A stretch of 64,000 nucleotides of DNA from Macrostomum lignano (Eukaryota). Location of the stretch: NCBI GenBank assembly GCA_002269645.1, contig NIVC01003646.1, forward strand, positions 1 through 64,000, read 5' to 3'. This document shows, piece by piece, positions 24,901 to 36,900 of the stretch. The stretch's first letter is position 1; each line of letters starts with the position of its first letter. The notes beneath the pieces are model-generated. The model saw only the letters and a list, made by a program, of their open reading frames with translations. It ran no database searches and was not told where the DNA came from. The position numbers were made by a program, and so were the translations under genes.

Positions 24901-27900
24901 AGAAAATGATGACGATGAGGATGAGAAGCGAAGCGACGGGGAGCCACCTCGTGGGGACGCGGCGGCGGCGGCTTCGGCAGCGTCTTATCTGGAGGTGGAA
25001 GTTGCCGAAGGCAGCGTCGACGTCAATTTCGATGGTTTGACGAATTATTTTGTTCTGTTTGAATACTGTTGGTTGGTTATAAATAGTACGAAATATTAGA
25101 AAAGCATGGATCCGAAGTTTGGATTGCGCTCTGCATGCGATAGGCTTGTTTGGAATTTTTTTATACTAACTTAAAAACTGAGCAATCTAGGCAGTAGGAT
25201 TGGGGCTAAATCGGGGTTGTATTTATTCTTTAGTCTCAACAATGGATCCAAAATGTTATCAAGAGTACAATCGGGTATTCTGACAAGTACTGTGATGGCA
25301 TACGGACTGCAGTGAACACTGACCTTAAGGCTATGAAGCCTCAAAGAGCACACAGCAACCAGATATTTTCATGAGGCCTGAAAGAAGTCACAACAAGCAG
25401 ACATTGTCATGAAGCCTCAAAGAACTCACAACAATCAGACATTGCCATTAAACCTCAAAGAGCACACAACAATCAGACATTGTTATGAAGCCTCAAAGGA
25501 CACACAATCGTGCATTGTTATGAAGCCTCAAAGGACACAAAATCATGCATTGTTATGAAGCCTCAAAGGACACACAATCATGCATTGTCATAAAGCCTCA
25601 AAGAACTCACAACAATCAGACATTGTCATGAAGCCTCAAAGAACTCACAATAATCAGACATTGTCATGAAGCCTCAAAGAACTCACAACAATCAGACATT
25701 GCCATGAAACCTCAAAGAGCACACAACAATCAGACATTGTTATGAAGCCTCAAAGAACTCACAACAATCAGACATTGTCATGAAGCCTCAAAGAACTCAC
25801 AACAATCAGACATTGCCATGAAACCTCAAAGAGCACACAACAATCAGACATTGTCATGAAGCCTCAAAGAGCACACAGCAACCAGATATTTCCATGAAGC
25901 CTCAAAGAGCACACAACAATCAGACATTGTTATGAAGCCTCAAAGAGCACACAAAAATCAGACGTAGCTCGAAATACCACTATGACGCAAAAGTGGTCAT
26001 TGCTCCAAAACAGTCACCCGTCATTTCACCCCCTCCAGCCGCCCAGTCGCTATCGGTCCCGCTCGGCCCACCGCCAGCGCCCGGCAGCGGTTCCGTTGCT
26101 GCCTCGGTGAAGACATCCGACACGCCTCAGCAGCCTCCGCCGAAGATTGCCAAGCCCAAGACCGACCTGGAGCTGCTCTGGGAAGCCCTAGAAGAGGAGT
26201 GCCGCAAGTCGCACCGGTTGCACGTCAAAGATCGCGACTTTGCCGACTTGCACTCCTCCGACGAGGAGGACGTCACCAAGCCCAAGCTCGGCGGAGTCGC
26301 TGGCGGGGCTGCTGGCGGCCCGCCGCCTCCGCCTCCTGGCTTTGGGCCGCCTCCTCCGCCGCCTCCGCCTCCGCCCCCACCTCCTCCGGGCGGATTCCGC
26401 GGTGGACCGCCACCTCCTCCTCCCCCTCCTCCTCCGCCGCCGCCGCCGCCAGGACCTGGTGGCGCTCGACCTCCAAAAGCGCCAGCTGGTCCAGGCGGCG
26501 CCCTTGGCGGCTGGCACGTTGGCCGTCAGGGCCCGCCGCCGCCGGGGGCCGGGCTGGCCAAGTCGCGCAAAACTGTCCGCCTGCACTGGCGCGAGTTGGC
26601 GCACAATCTGCGCCAGCCGGTGGCGGGCAGGCCAGCTGCGGACACGCTGTGGGATCGCCTGATGCAGGTCCAGTTGGAGCCAGACAAACTCGAACTTCTG
26701 TTCGAAGCTAAGGTCAACGAGGTCAAGGTTAAGGTAAGGCACATCGATCGATCTGTTTGTCATTATTATCTCAAATAATCTATTAATATCCTGTCGCGTT
26801 TTAATCGATTTGCATATTTGTTAGAAGTTTGTGCAGTAGAAGATAGCAGGAGGGCTGTGAGGGTTCCTGGAACAACGCCTTCGACGAAATCGTCCCACAG
26901 CCAGGCACGCACTCATACAACGCTCAAACAGGGTGTACAGCGATCCTGACTTTCTAGTCCTGTCAGGCTTGTACACTCTCTGTGCTTTGGGGTCATTGCA
27001 AACAACTTATTAGCGACTCTAGCGACTTTCGGGCGGATTCTTGTGACTTTTTAACGACTTAAACGACGACTGTTATAATGCGACTGAGAGGCGACTGTTG
27101 AGTCACGAGTGCATCGCGTGATTTGCAGAATCGTAAAACAGGCGCGAAAAAGTTATCCATGAGTCGCTGGGTTAGCGCTCAACTTTCTACAGGATTAGGT
27201 GGACTACTAAATAGAGTTTTTATAAATGCGAAATTCGATTTTAAATTCATAAAGTAACGCAGATGCGCTTTAGAATGCAAAAACTCAGAGATACGACGTC
27301 ACACTTGCGTCACACTTTCGTCACCTCAGAGTCGTTTCAGAGTCGCAGACAATAAAACGCCTCAAATTGAGTCTTTAGCGACTCTTTGACCACTTTTTGG
27401 TGACTTGTACCGTGACATCTGGTCATTTAACAGTCGTCTAGAGTCACTTCCTTCCTATTTTACCGGTGTTACCTGCAAAGACCTTGAAACGTCTGGGAGT
27501 CTCTTCTTGGCCTGGGTACCGTTTTGATCGGGCTCGTCATTGGGGAATTCCTATAAACAATTTGTCAGTCTTGTAGTGGTGCACGCACACAGGATCACGA
27601 TTTCAACTAACTGTTTTTAAACGCTAATGTGGCAGCTTATGTAGAATATTTCTTAATCGATTGTTGTTTGCATCGCTAAAAGCTTTGTTTAAAATGCTTT
27701 AATTGTTTTTGTTAAAAGAATGCTTAAATCTTTTTTGGCCTTTTCGTAGCTTTATCTTTATACGCAAGGCTTGTCATTTAGTGCATGTGCACTTCACGAC
27801 GGCGGGCTTCTGAAGTTGTTTATGTCATCAGGGAAGAATGATTCAGGCTTGTTATGCATACAAATAATTATATCAGGGTCGTGTTTATAATATGTGGGTC

Positions 27901-30900
27901 ATAATGATCATTTAAAGATTTACATGTAGGGCCGCGGTAATCATTGAAGGTACATGTTGGTCTTAAGGATCATAATTCTTATATAAAGGTCATGATGTTC
28001 ATATAGCAATCATGAGGCTTATTTAGAGGTCATGGAGGTCATATGTTATAAAGTGTGGTGCTTATATAAAGGCATGGCGCCTATAAAAAGGTCATGATTG
28101 TCATATTAGGGTCTTGTTAGTTGGTCATGTTGGGCACCTAGAGCCATAAATGTCAATCTTTGTCCTATGCGGTGTTTAAATTTAGTCAGACATCCCCTTC
28201 TGTAACGTAATTAACAATTTGCTAATTAAACTAACTGTTTACTTAAAAAAAGTAGTTTTTTACTGTATTACATATTTACTCTATTGTTTTTGCTTCGACC
28301 TATTAATCGTTTAAAATTATTAACTAACTTTCAGAACGAATTTGTGAGGTGTGTAAATATGATATAAGTGTTACTGCTATACAGAAATTTCGATTCTCAT
28401 AAGCCATTGAAATTGATTAGCTATAGATTTTTTTTCAAAAGCGTGCTTCAATTACAAGCAATAATATTTTTGTTATTCCGAATCATTGGAGGAATCGCCG
28501 CTTAATTCATATTGATTAAAAACTGAAATTTAATTCTAAACTTTGGCTTGTAAAATCTGCAGATTATTTCACGCAATTTTGGTAAAGAAAAAGAATTGAA
28601 TTAATTTCTTATATTAAATTATTGCTAATTGTTTTACGTATGTACTTACGCTTAGTTTAGTTGCGTTTGCATTATTATGAAAAATTAAGTTGGACTCTAC
28701 TAGTAGATTCTGAACCTTTTTATTTTGGAATTATTATCTAAGCGATTAAATTTAATGCATTCATATTAGTTTATGTGTTGTTATAAATGAATTATCATTA
28801 CTGTTGAACTTTTAGCATCTAAGTAATAATCCCACTCAGAATTAAGTAGTATGATTTTCGAACGAATTATTTTTCTATTTTTTCTGTTGTTAAAGTCCTA
28901 CTACCAAAGTTACTTATGAAACATTTTTAAATTCTTCCAATTTAATTCAGCAATCCCGGGTAGGTACCTGACTATGTACTTCGTCAAGACATAATTTTTT
29001 TTGCAATTTTTGTCATAACAGGAATTCTATCAATAACTGAGGTGGCTTATGCACGCTTGAAAACTTTCACCCTCTAATAACAGCAGCTTACTTTTAAAAC
29101 ACTTAAATAAAAAAAAATAAAAAATGCATTTGTTTTAAAATTGTAAAATACTCACTACTGCTCTTCTAGCTAACGTATAACTCTGCATTTTCTAAGCGTC
29201 GCTGCTAAAAAAATGTCGGGATGCCAAAGAAGTTAGTGTGTCATGACACAAGTTTTGACGCAGCAACCCATATTAAGACACTTAACTTAAGTATTCCTAT
29301 TTCATAGATATTTATAGACGTGTAATTTTTCATTTTTTCCAGTTTTTTTGGCTCAAATTTACTTGTCCTTGTAGTTAAGTAAATATTTAAATGTTGGATT
29401 TGCTCTTCAATGCTTGATAGTTTTACAGCTACCCAAATTTTATTTAACTTATGCCTCTCTTACCGGATAATTGTTTTTTGTGTAAGTGCTGTTCATGCTA
29501 CTTATTGGTTTCTGTTTCAGTAGTGCAACGGGCTTGAAAGTATTTTTATATTTATTTAGCTCGAAAGCTCATTCCGATTATCTATAACACTTTTTAACCA
29601 TTTAACCCAATGAAAAATTTTTTTTAAATTTCACCTGTTTTAAACAAATTTATATTTGTTTTATCTACTAAATTCTATTTAAGATTTGTCTAAACCTGCA
29701 AATTTTTACTTTTCAGGACGTCGTAAGTATTGCTGATGTTTTGAGTTTAACTTTTTAAACCATTTTCGCACCCACGAATATCAATAACTAAATGGAATTC
29801 GACATAATAAACAATTTTACAAAAAGCTTATTCGGTGTTACGTTTGCTTAAAGCCTTAAACGAAACCTTGCATTTGCAAGAGAAAAAAATTAACATTACG
29901 TTTTATTTAACATATTTTTCTTTATTTATTTTTTTTCAACTGTGATTTATTATATGTTTCTATTGTCTTTACTGCAAAACTGGCTTTTGCAAAAAAATCT
30001 TTAATTTTGGTTGTCAAGGTTTTAATTTACATATCTTCTGGTACAAGATTTGACACCAAAATTCTAATGATTGTTAGGATTGAATAATTTTTTTACTAAT
30101 TAATGTAACTCTGCTTTTCTACCATACTTTCTTATCGGAAGGGATTTGGAGCGAGATTTAAATTTGGATTACACTATTATACATGTATGCGCTATTCAGC
30201 TACTGAGAGTAGACAACTACAGAATATAATCGTCCTAAACTATTTTACTTGTGCTTAACTATTAATTTACAGAAAGCAGAAGCCACCAGTCGCAAGGAGA
30301 TACTAATTCTGGATCCGAAGCGATCCAACGCCATCAACATCGGCATGACGGTGCTGCCTCCGCCTAGGACTATCAAAGTGGCCATTGTCAATATGGACAG
30401 CTCAGTTATAAATAAGGAGGGCATCGAGGTTTGAACTTGTCAATATTACTTCAAATTTCTATGCTTTTGTTCACCCAACTTAAAGCTAGGTGGCGTTCTT
30501 TAAGTTGGGTGTCAGGTTCTGTTAGTTGGGTGTCAGGTTCTGTTAGTTGGGTGTCAGGTTCTGTTAGTTGGGTGTCAGGTTCTGTTAGTTGGGTGTCAGG
30601 TTCTGTTAGTTGGGTGTCAGGTTCTGTTAGTTGGGTGTCAGGTTCTGTTAGTTGGGTGTCAGGTTCTGTTAGTTGGGTGTCAGGTTCTGTTAGTTGGGTG
30701 TCAGGTTCTGTTAGTTGGGTGTCAGGTTCTGTTAGTTGGGTGTCAGGTTCTGTTAGTTGGGTGTCAGGTTCTGTTAGTTGGGTGTCAGGTTCTGTTAGTT
30801 TGGTGTCAGGTTCTGTTAGTTGGGTGTCAGGTTCTGTTAGTTGGGTGTCAGGTTCTGTTAGTTGGGTGTCAGGTTCTGTTAGTTGGGTGTCAGGTTCTGT

Positions 30901-33900
30901 TAGTTGGGTGTCAGGTTCTGTTAGTTGGGTGTCAGGTTCTGTTAGTTGGGTGTCAGGTTCTGTTAGTTGGGTGTCAGGCTCTTCAAGTTTGGTTTCAGGT
31001 TCTGTTAGTTGGGTGTCAGGTTCTGTTAGTTGGGTGTCAGGTTCTGTTAGTTGGGTGTCAGGTTCTGTTAGTTGGGTGTCAGGTTGTGTTAGTTGGGTGT
31101 CAGGTTCTGTTAGTTGGGTGTCAGGTTCTGTTAGTTGGGTGTCAGGTTCTGTTAGTTGGGTGTCAGGTTCTGTTAGTTGGGTGTCAGGTTCTGTTAGTTG
31201 GGTGTCAGGTTCTGTTAGTTGGGTGTCAGGTTCTGTTAGTTGGGTGTCAGGTTCTGTTAGTTGGGTGTCAGGTTCTGTTAGTTGGGTGTCAGGTTGTGTT
31301 AGTTGGGTGTCAGGTTCTGTTAGTTGGGTGTCAGGTTCTGTTAGTTGGGTGTCAGGTTCTGTTAGTTGGGTGTCAGGTTCTGTTAGTTGGGTGTCAGGTT
31401 CTGTTAGTTGGGTGTCAGGTTCTGTTAGTTGGGTGTCAGGTTCTGTTAGTTGGGTGTCAGGTTCTGTTAGTTGGGTGTCAGGTTCTGTTAGTTGGGTGTC
31501 AGGTTCTGTTAGTTGGGTGTCAGGTTCTGTTAGTTGGGTGTCAGGTTCTGTTAGTTGGGTGTCAGGCTCCGTTAGTTGGGTGTCAGGTTCTTCAAGTTGG
31601 GTGTTAGGCTCTTCAAGTTGGGTGTCAGGTTCTTCAAGTTGGGTTTCAGGTTCTGTTAGTTGGGTGTCAGGTTCTGTTAGTTGGGTGTCAGGTTCTGTTA
31701 GTTGGGTGTCAGGCTCTTCAAGTTTGGTTTCAGGTTCTGTTAGTTGGGTGTCAGGTTCTGTTAGTTGGGTGTCAGGTTCTGTTAGTTGGGTGTCAGTTTC
31801 TGTTAGTTGGGTGTCAGGTTCTGTTAGTTGGGTGTCAGGTTCTGTTAGTTGGGTGTCAGGTTCTGTTAGTTGGGTGTCAGGTTCTGTTAGTTGGGTGTCA
31901 GGTTCTGTTAGTTGGGTGTCAGGTTCTGTTAGTTGGGTGTCAGGTTCTGTTAGTTGGGTGTCAGGTTCTGTTAGTTGGGTGTCAGGTTCTGTTAGTTGGG
32001 TGTCAGGTTCTGTTAGTTGGGTGTCAGGTTCTGTTAGTTGGGTGTCAGGTTCTGTTAGTTGGGTGTCAGGTTCTGTTAGTTGGGTGTCAGGTTCTGTTAG
32101 TTGGGTGTCAGGTTCTGTTAGTTGGGTGTCAGGTTCTGTTAGTTGGGTGTCAGGTTCTGTTAGTTGGGTGTCAGATTCTGTTAGTTGGGTGTCAGGCTCT
32201 GTTAGTTGGGTGTCAGGTTCTGTTAGTTGGGTGTCAGGTTCTTCAAGTTGGGTGTCAGGCTCTTCAAGTTGGGTGTCAGGCTCTTCAAGTTGGGTGTCAG
32301 GTTCTTCAAGTTGGGTGTTAGGCTCTTCAAGTTGGGTGTCAGGTTCTGTTAGTTGGGTGTCAGGTTCTGTTAGTTGGGTGTCAGGTTCTTCAAGTTGGGT
32401 GTCAGGCTCTTCAAGTTGGGTGTCAGGCTCTTCAAGTTGGGTGTCAGGCTCTTCAAGTTGGGTTTCAGGTTCTTCAAGTTGGGTTTCAGGTTCTTCAAGT
32501 TGGGTGTCAGGTTCTTCAAGTTGGGTGTCAGGTTCTTCAAGTTGGGTGTCAGGCTCTTCAAGTTGGGTTTCAGGTTCTTCAAGTTGGGTGTCAGGCTCTT
32601 CAAGTTGGGTTTCAGGTTCTTCAAGTTGGGTGTCAGGTTCTTCAAGTTGGGTGTCAGGTTCTTCAAGGTGGGTGTCAGGCTCTTCAAGTTGGGTTTCAGG
32701 TTCTTCAAGTTGGGTGTCAGGTTCTTCAAGTTGGGTGTCAGGCTCTTCAAGTTGGGTTTCAGGTTCTTCAAGTTGGGTGTCAGGTTCTTCAAGTTGGGTG
32801 TCAGGTTCTTCAAGTTGGGTGTCAGGTTCTTCAAGTTGGGTGTCAGGTTCTTCAAGTTGGGTGTCAGGCTCTTCAAGTTGGGTTTCAGGTTCTTCAAGTT
32901 GGGTGTCAGGTTCTTCAAGTTGGGTGTCAGGTTCTTCAAGGTGGGTGTCAGGCTCTTCAAGTTGGGTTTCAGGTTCTTCAAGTTGGGTGTCAGGCTCTTC
33001 AAGTTGGGTTTCAGGTTCTTCAAGTTGGGTGTCAGGCTCTTCAAGTTGGGTTTCAGGTTCTTCAAGTTGGGTTTCAGGCTCTTCAAGTTGGGTGTCAGGT
33101 TCTTCAAGTTGGGTGTCAGGCTCTTCAAGTTGGGTTTCAGGTTCTTCAAGTTGGGTTTCAGGTTCTTCAAGTTGGGTGTCAGGCTCTTCAAGTTGGGTTT
33201 CAGGTTCTTCAAGTTGGGTGTCAGGCTCTTCAAGTTGGGTTTCAGGTTCTTCAAGTTGGGTTTCAGGTTCTTCAAGTTGGGTGTCAGGCTCTTCAAGTTG
33301 GGTTTCAGGTTCTTCAAGTTGGGTTTCAGGTTCTTCAAGTTGGGTGTCAGGTTCTTCAAGTTGGGTGTCAGGTTCTTCAAGTTGGGTGTCAGGCTCTTCA
33401 AGTTGGGTTTCAGGTTCTTCAAGTTGGGTTTCAGGCTCTTCAAGTTGGGTGTCAGGTTCTGTTAATTGGGTGTCAGCTTCTTCAATAGATCCCCTGTCTA
33501 CCCCACTCTATCTCCCCTATCTATCTGTATCCCCTATCTACCCTTCCTCGACCTCCTTGCAGAAGCTGCTGTACTCCATGCTGCCAACCGAAGAGGAGAA
33601 GGAGGCCATTGTGGAGGCGCAGATAAACGACCCGGATACGCCTCTGGGCAATGCTGAGCAGTTCCTGCTCACCCTGTCCTCAATCAGCGAGCTGCGGCCA
33701 CGGCTGCAGTTGTGGCTGTTCCGTCTGGAATACGAGGCCATCGAGACTGAGATCACGGACGCGTTGAATGATTTGAAACTCGCCATACAGGTGAGACTGG
33801 AATGCCGAATCAGGCAGATCTAGCTGCCATTCCCTAATCAGGCAGATCTAGCTGCCATTCCCTAATCAGGCAGATCTAGCTGCCATTCCCTAATCAGGCA

Positions 33901-36900
33901 GATCTAGCTGCCATTCCCTAATCAGGCAGATCTAGCTGCCATTCCCTAATCAGGCAGATCTAGCTGCCATTCCCTAATCAGGCAGATCTAGCTGCCATTC
34001 CCTAATCAGGCAGATCTAGCTGCCATTCCCTAATCAGGCAGATCTAGCTGCCATTCCCTAATCAGGCAGATCTAGCTGCCATTCCCTAATCAGGCAGATC
34101 TAGCTGCCATTCCCTAATCAGGCAGATCTAGCTGCCATTCCCTAATCAGGCAGATCTAGCTGCCATTCCCTAATCAGGCAGATCTAGCTGCCATTCCCTA
34201 ATCAGGCAGATCTAGCTGCCATTCCCTAATCAGGCAGATCTAGCTGCCATTCCCTAATCAGGCAGATCTAGCTGCCATTCCCTAATCAGGCAGATCTAGC
34301 TGCCATTCCCTAATCAGGCAGATCTAGCTGCCATTCCCTAATCAGGCAGATCTAGCTGCCATTCCCTAATCAGGCAGATCTAGCTGCCATTCCCTAATCA
34401 GGCAGATCTAGCTGCCATTCCCTAATCAGGCAGATCTAGCTGCCATTCCCTAATCAGGCAGATCTAGCTGCCATTCCCTAATCAGGCAGATCTAGCTGCC
34501 ATTCCCTAATCAGGCAGATCTAGCTGCCATTCCCTAATCAGGCAGATCTAGCTGCCATTCCCTAATCAGGCAGCTTAAATAGATCTAAATAGCCTTAACT
34601 ACAAAAAGTCTTTAATCCGCAATTGATCCAAAATCTCATTTTAAATCCCCACCAAATTGCCAGGAAATCCGTCAATGCGAAACACTACGCTGCGTATTCT
34701 CAGTAATCGTTGCTATGGGCAATTTTCTCAACGATTCAACAGCGCGCGGTTTCAATTTGGACTATTTAGCCAAGGTGCCAGAGGTTCGGGACACGGTGCA
34801 CAAGCACACGCTGCTGCACCACGTGTGCCACATGGTTCAGGAGCAGTTTCCTAATAGCGGCGACCTCTACTCGGAACTGGGAGCCGTTACCCGCTGTTCG
34901 AAGCTGGATTGGGATGAAGTGCAAGCTAGATTGGACAGATTGGAGCGCGACTGCATGTCCGGCTTTGAGCACCACAAGGCGCTGTGCAAACACGCCGATT
35001 TCGGCCAAGATTTGCGACGCAAACTAGAATCCTTCCTGCGCGATGCGGCCTCGCGTATTGTGGCTATGAAAATCGTGCGCGACAGGGTTATGAATCGGTT
35101 TAGAAAGCTGCTGCTGTTTCTTGGGATGACGCCCGCTACTATTGCCGATGCCAAGGTTACCGAGGTGAGTGCGAGATGTGGATGATCTGATACCTATTTT
35201 AGCACACCTTAGCAGCATGATATCTGATCTTCTGGCGCCCCTAGCAACCTGTTTGGCGCCCCTAGCAACTTATTCTGGTGCCCCTAGTAACCTATTCTAG
35301 CATTCCTAACAACCTACTCTGGCGCCCCTAGCAACCTATTCTAGCATCCCTAGCAACATACTCAGGCGCCCCTAGCAACCTATTCTAGCATTCCTAACAA
35401 CCTACTCTGGCGCCCCTAGCAGCTTATTCTAGCATCCCTAGCAACATACTCAGGCGCCCCTAGCAACCTATTCTAGCATCCCTAGCAACATACTCAGGCG
35501 CCCCTAGCAACCTATTCTAGCATCCCTAGCAACATACTCAGGCGCCCCTAGCAACCTATTCTAGCATCCCTAGCAACATACTCAGGCGCCCCTAGCAACC
35601 TATTCTAGCATCCCTAGCAACATACTCAGGCGCCCCTAGCAACCTATTCTAGCATCCCTAGCAACATACTCAGGCGCCCCTAGCAACCTATTCTAGCATT
35701 CCTAGCAACATACTCAGGCGCCCCTAGCAACCTATTCTAGCATCCCTAGCAACATACTCAGGCGCCCCTAGCAACCTATTCTAGCATCCCTAGCAACATA
35801 CTCAGGCGCCCCTAGCAACCTATTCTAGCATCCCTAGCAACCTATTATGGCGCCCCTAGCAGCCTGTTCTAGCATCCATAGCAACCTATTCTAGCATCCC
35901 TAGCAACCTACTCTGGTGCCCCTGGCAACCTACTCTGGCACATCTTAGCAACCTATTCTGGCGTCCCTAACAAGTTATCCTGGCGTCCTTAACAAAATAT
36001 TCTGGTACACATGAGCAACCTTTTTGGCGCCCCTAGCAACCTACTTTTCCGCCCCTAGCAACTTAATTAGTCGCCCTATAGCAACCTACTTTGTCGCCCC
36101 TAGCAACCTGCTTTGTCGCCCCTAGCAACCTACTTTGTCGTCCCTAGCAACATGATTTATCTGCCCTAGAATCCTAGTTTGTCGCCCCTAGCAGCCTAAT
36201 TTTGCGCTCCCTAGCAACCTATGTATTGGCGTTACTTCTCAGGTGATGCACCTGCTCAGCAACTTCGCCCTGGAGTACCGCACTAACCGCGAGAAAGTTC
36301 GCCAGCAAATCTCGAAGAAGCAGAACGCCGCCAAGCGTCGGGAGACTCGCGGCAAACTCATTGTCGATCTGGACGGTTCCGAAGTGTCCGCCAGCGCGCA
36401 GCCGGCTCAGCTGCAAGCTCCGACATCTTCGTCGACTCTGTCGTTGAATCGTCGCAAATCGGGCCCGTCGCCTGCGGCGGCAGCCCAGCAGCAGCGTCAG
36501 CAGCAGCAGCAACAGCAGGAGGCTGACGACGCTTTGAAAATCTTGCTGAGCTCGCATCGCCGGTCGAGTTCGGACTATTCGTCTGTTATCAGCGGAGCGC
36601 GGGGGCCCCGGGCTAAGGCCGGAGGCGGCGGCTCGCAGGTGTCCATTCCGGGCTCGGTGGCGGCCGCCGGCGGCGGTCGCGGGAGCAGCATCCCGCCAGA
36701 TGAAGAGGAGATGCTGGACGCCTGTCTGCAGCAGACGAAACCGGCTGTACCGTTGAAGGAGCGACGGAAGTCGAAGAATCAGAGAAAGTCGTGTAAGCTG
36801 TTGCTGGGTGGGACGTTGTTGGGTCATCAGAATGCTGCGCAGTCATTTCTATGTAGGTCACTCCTTGAAACCATCATCATGGGCTTTCTATTCACTCCTA

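Noticed and set aside
30431-33823. 1130-aa ORF (SWVSGSV)n fused to an FH2 exon
   Set aside because: This is an intronic 21-bp array. Intron retention would hit GTT TGA immediately after the 30428 donor, and the real exon starts at 33563.
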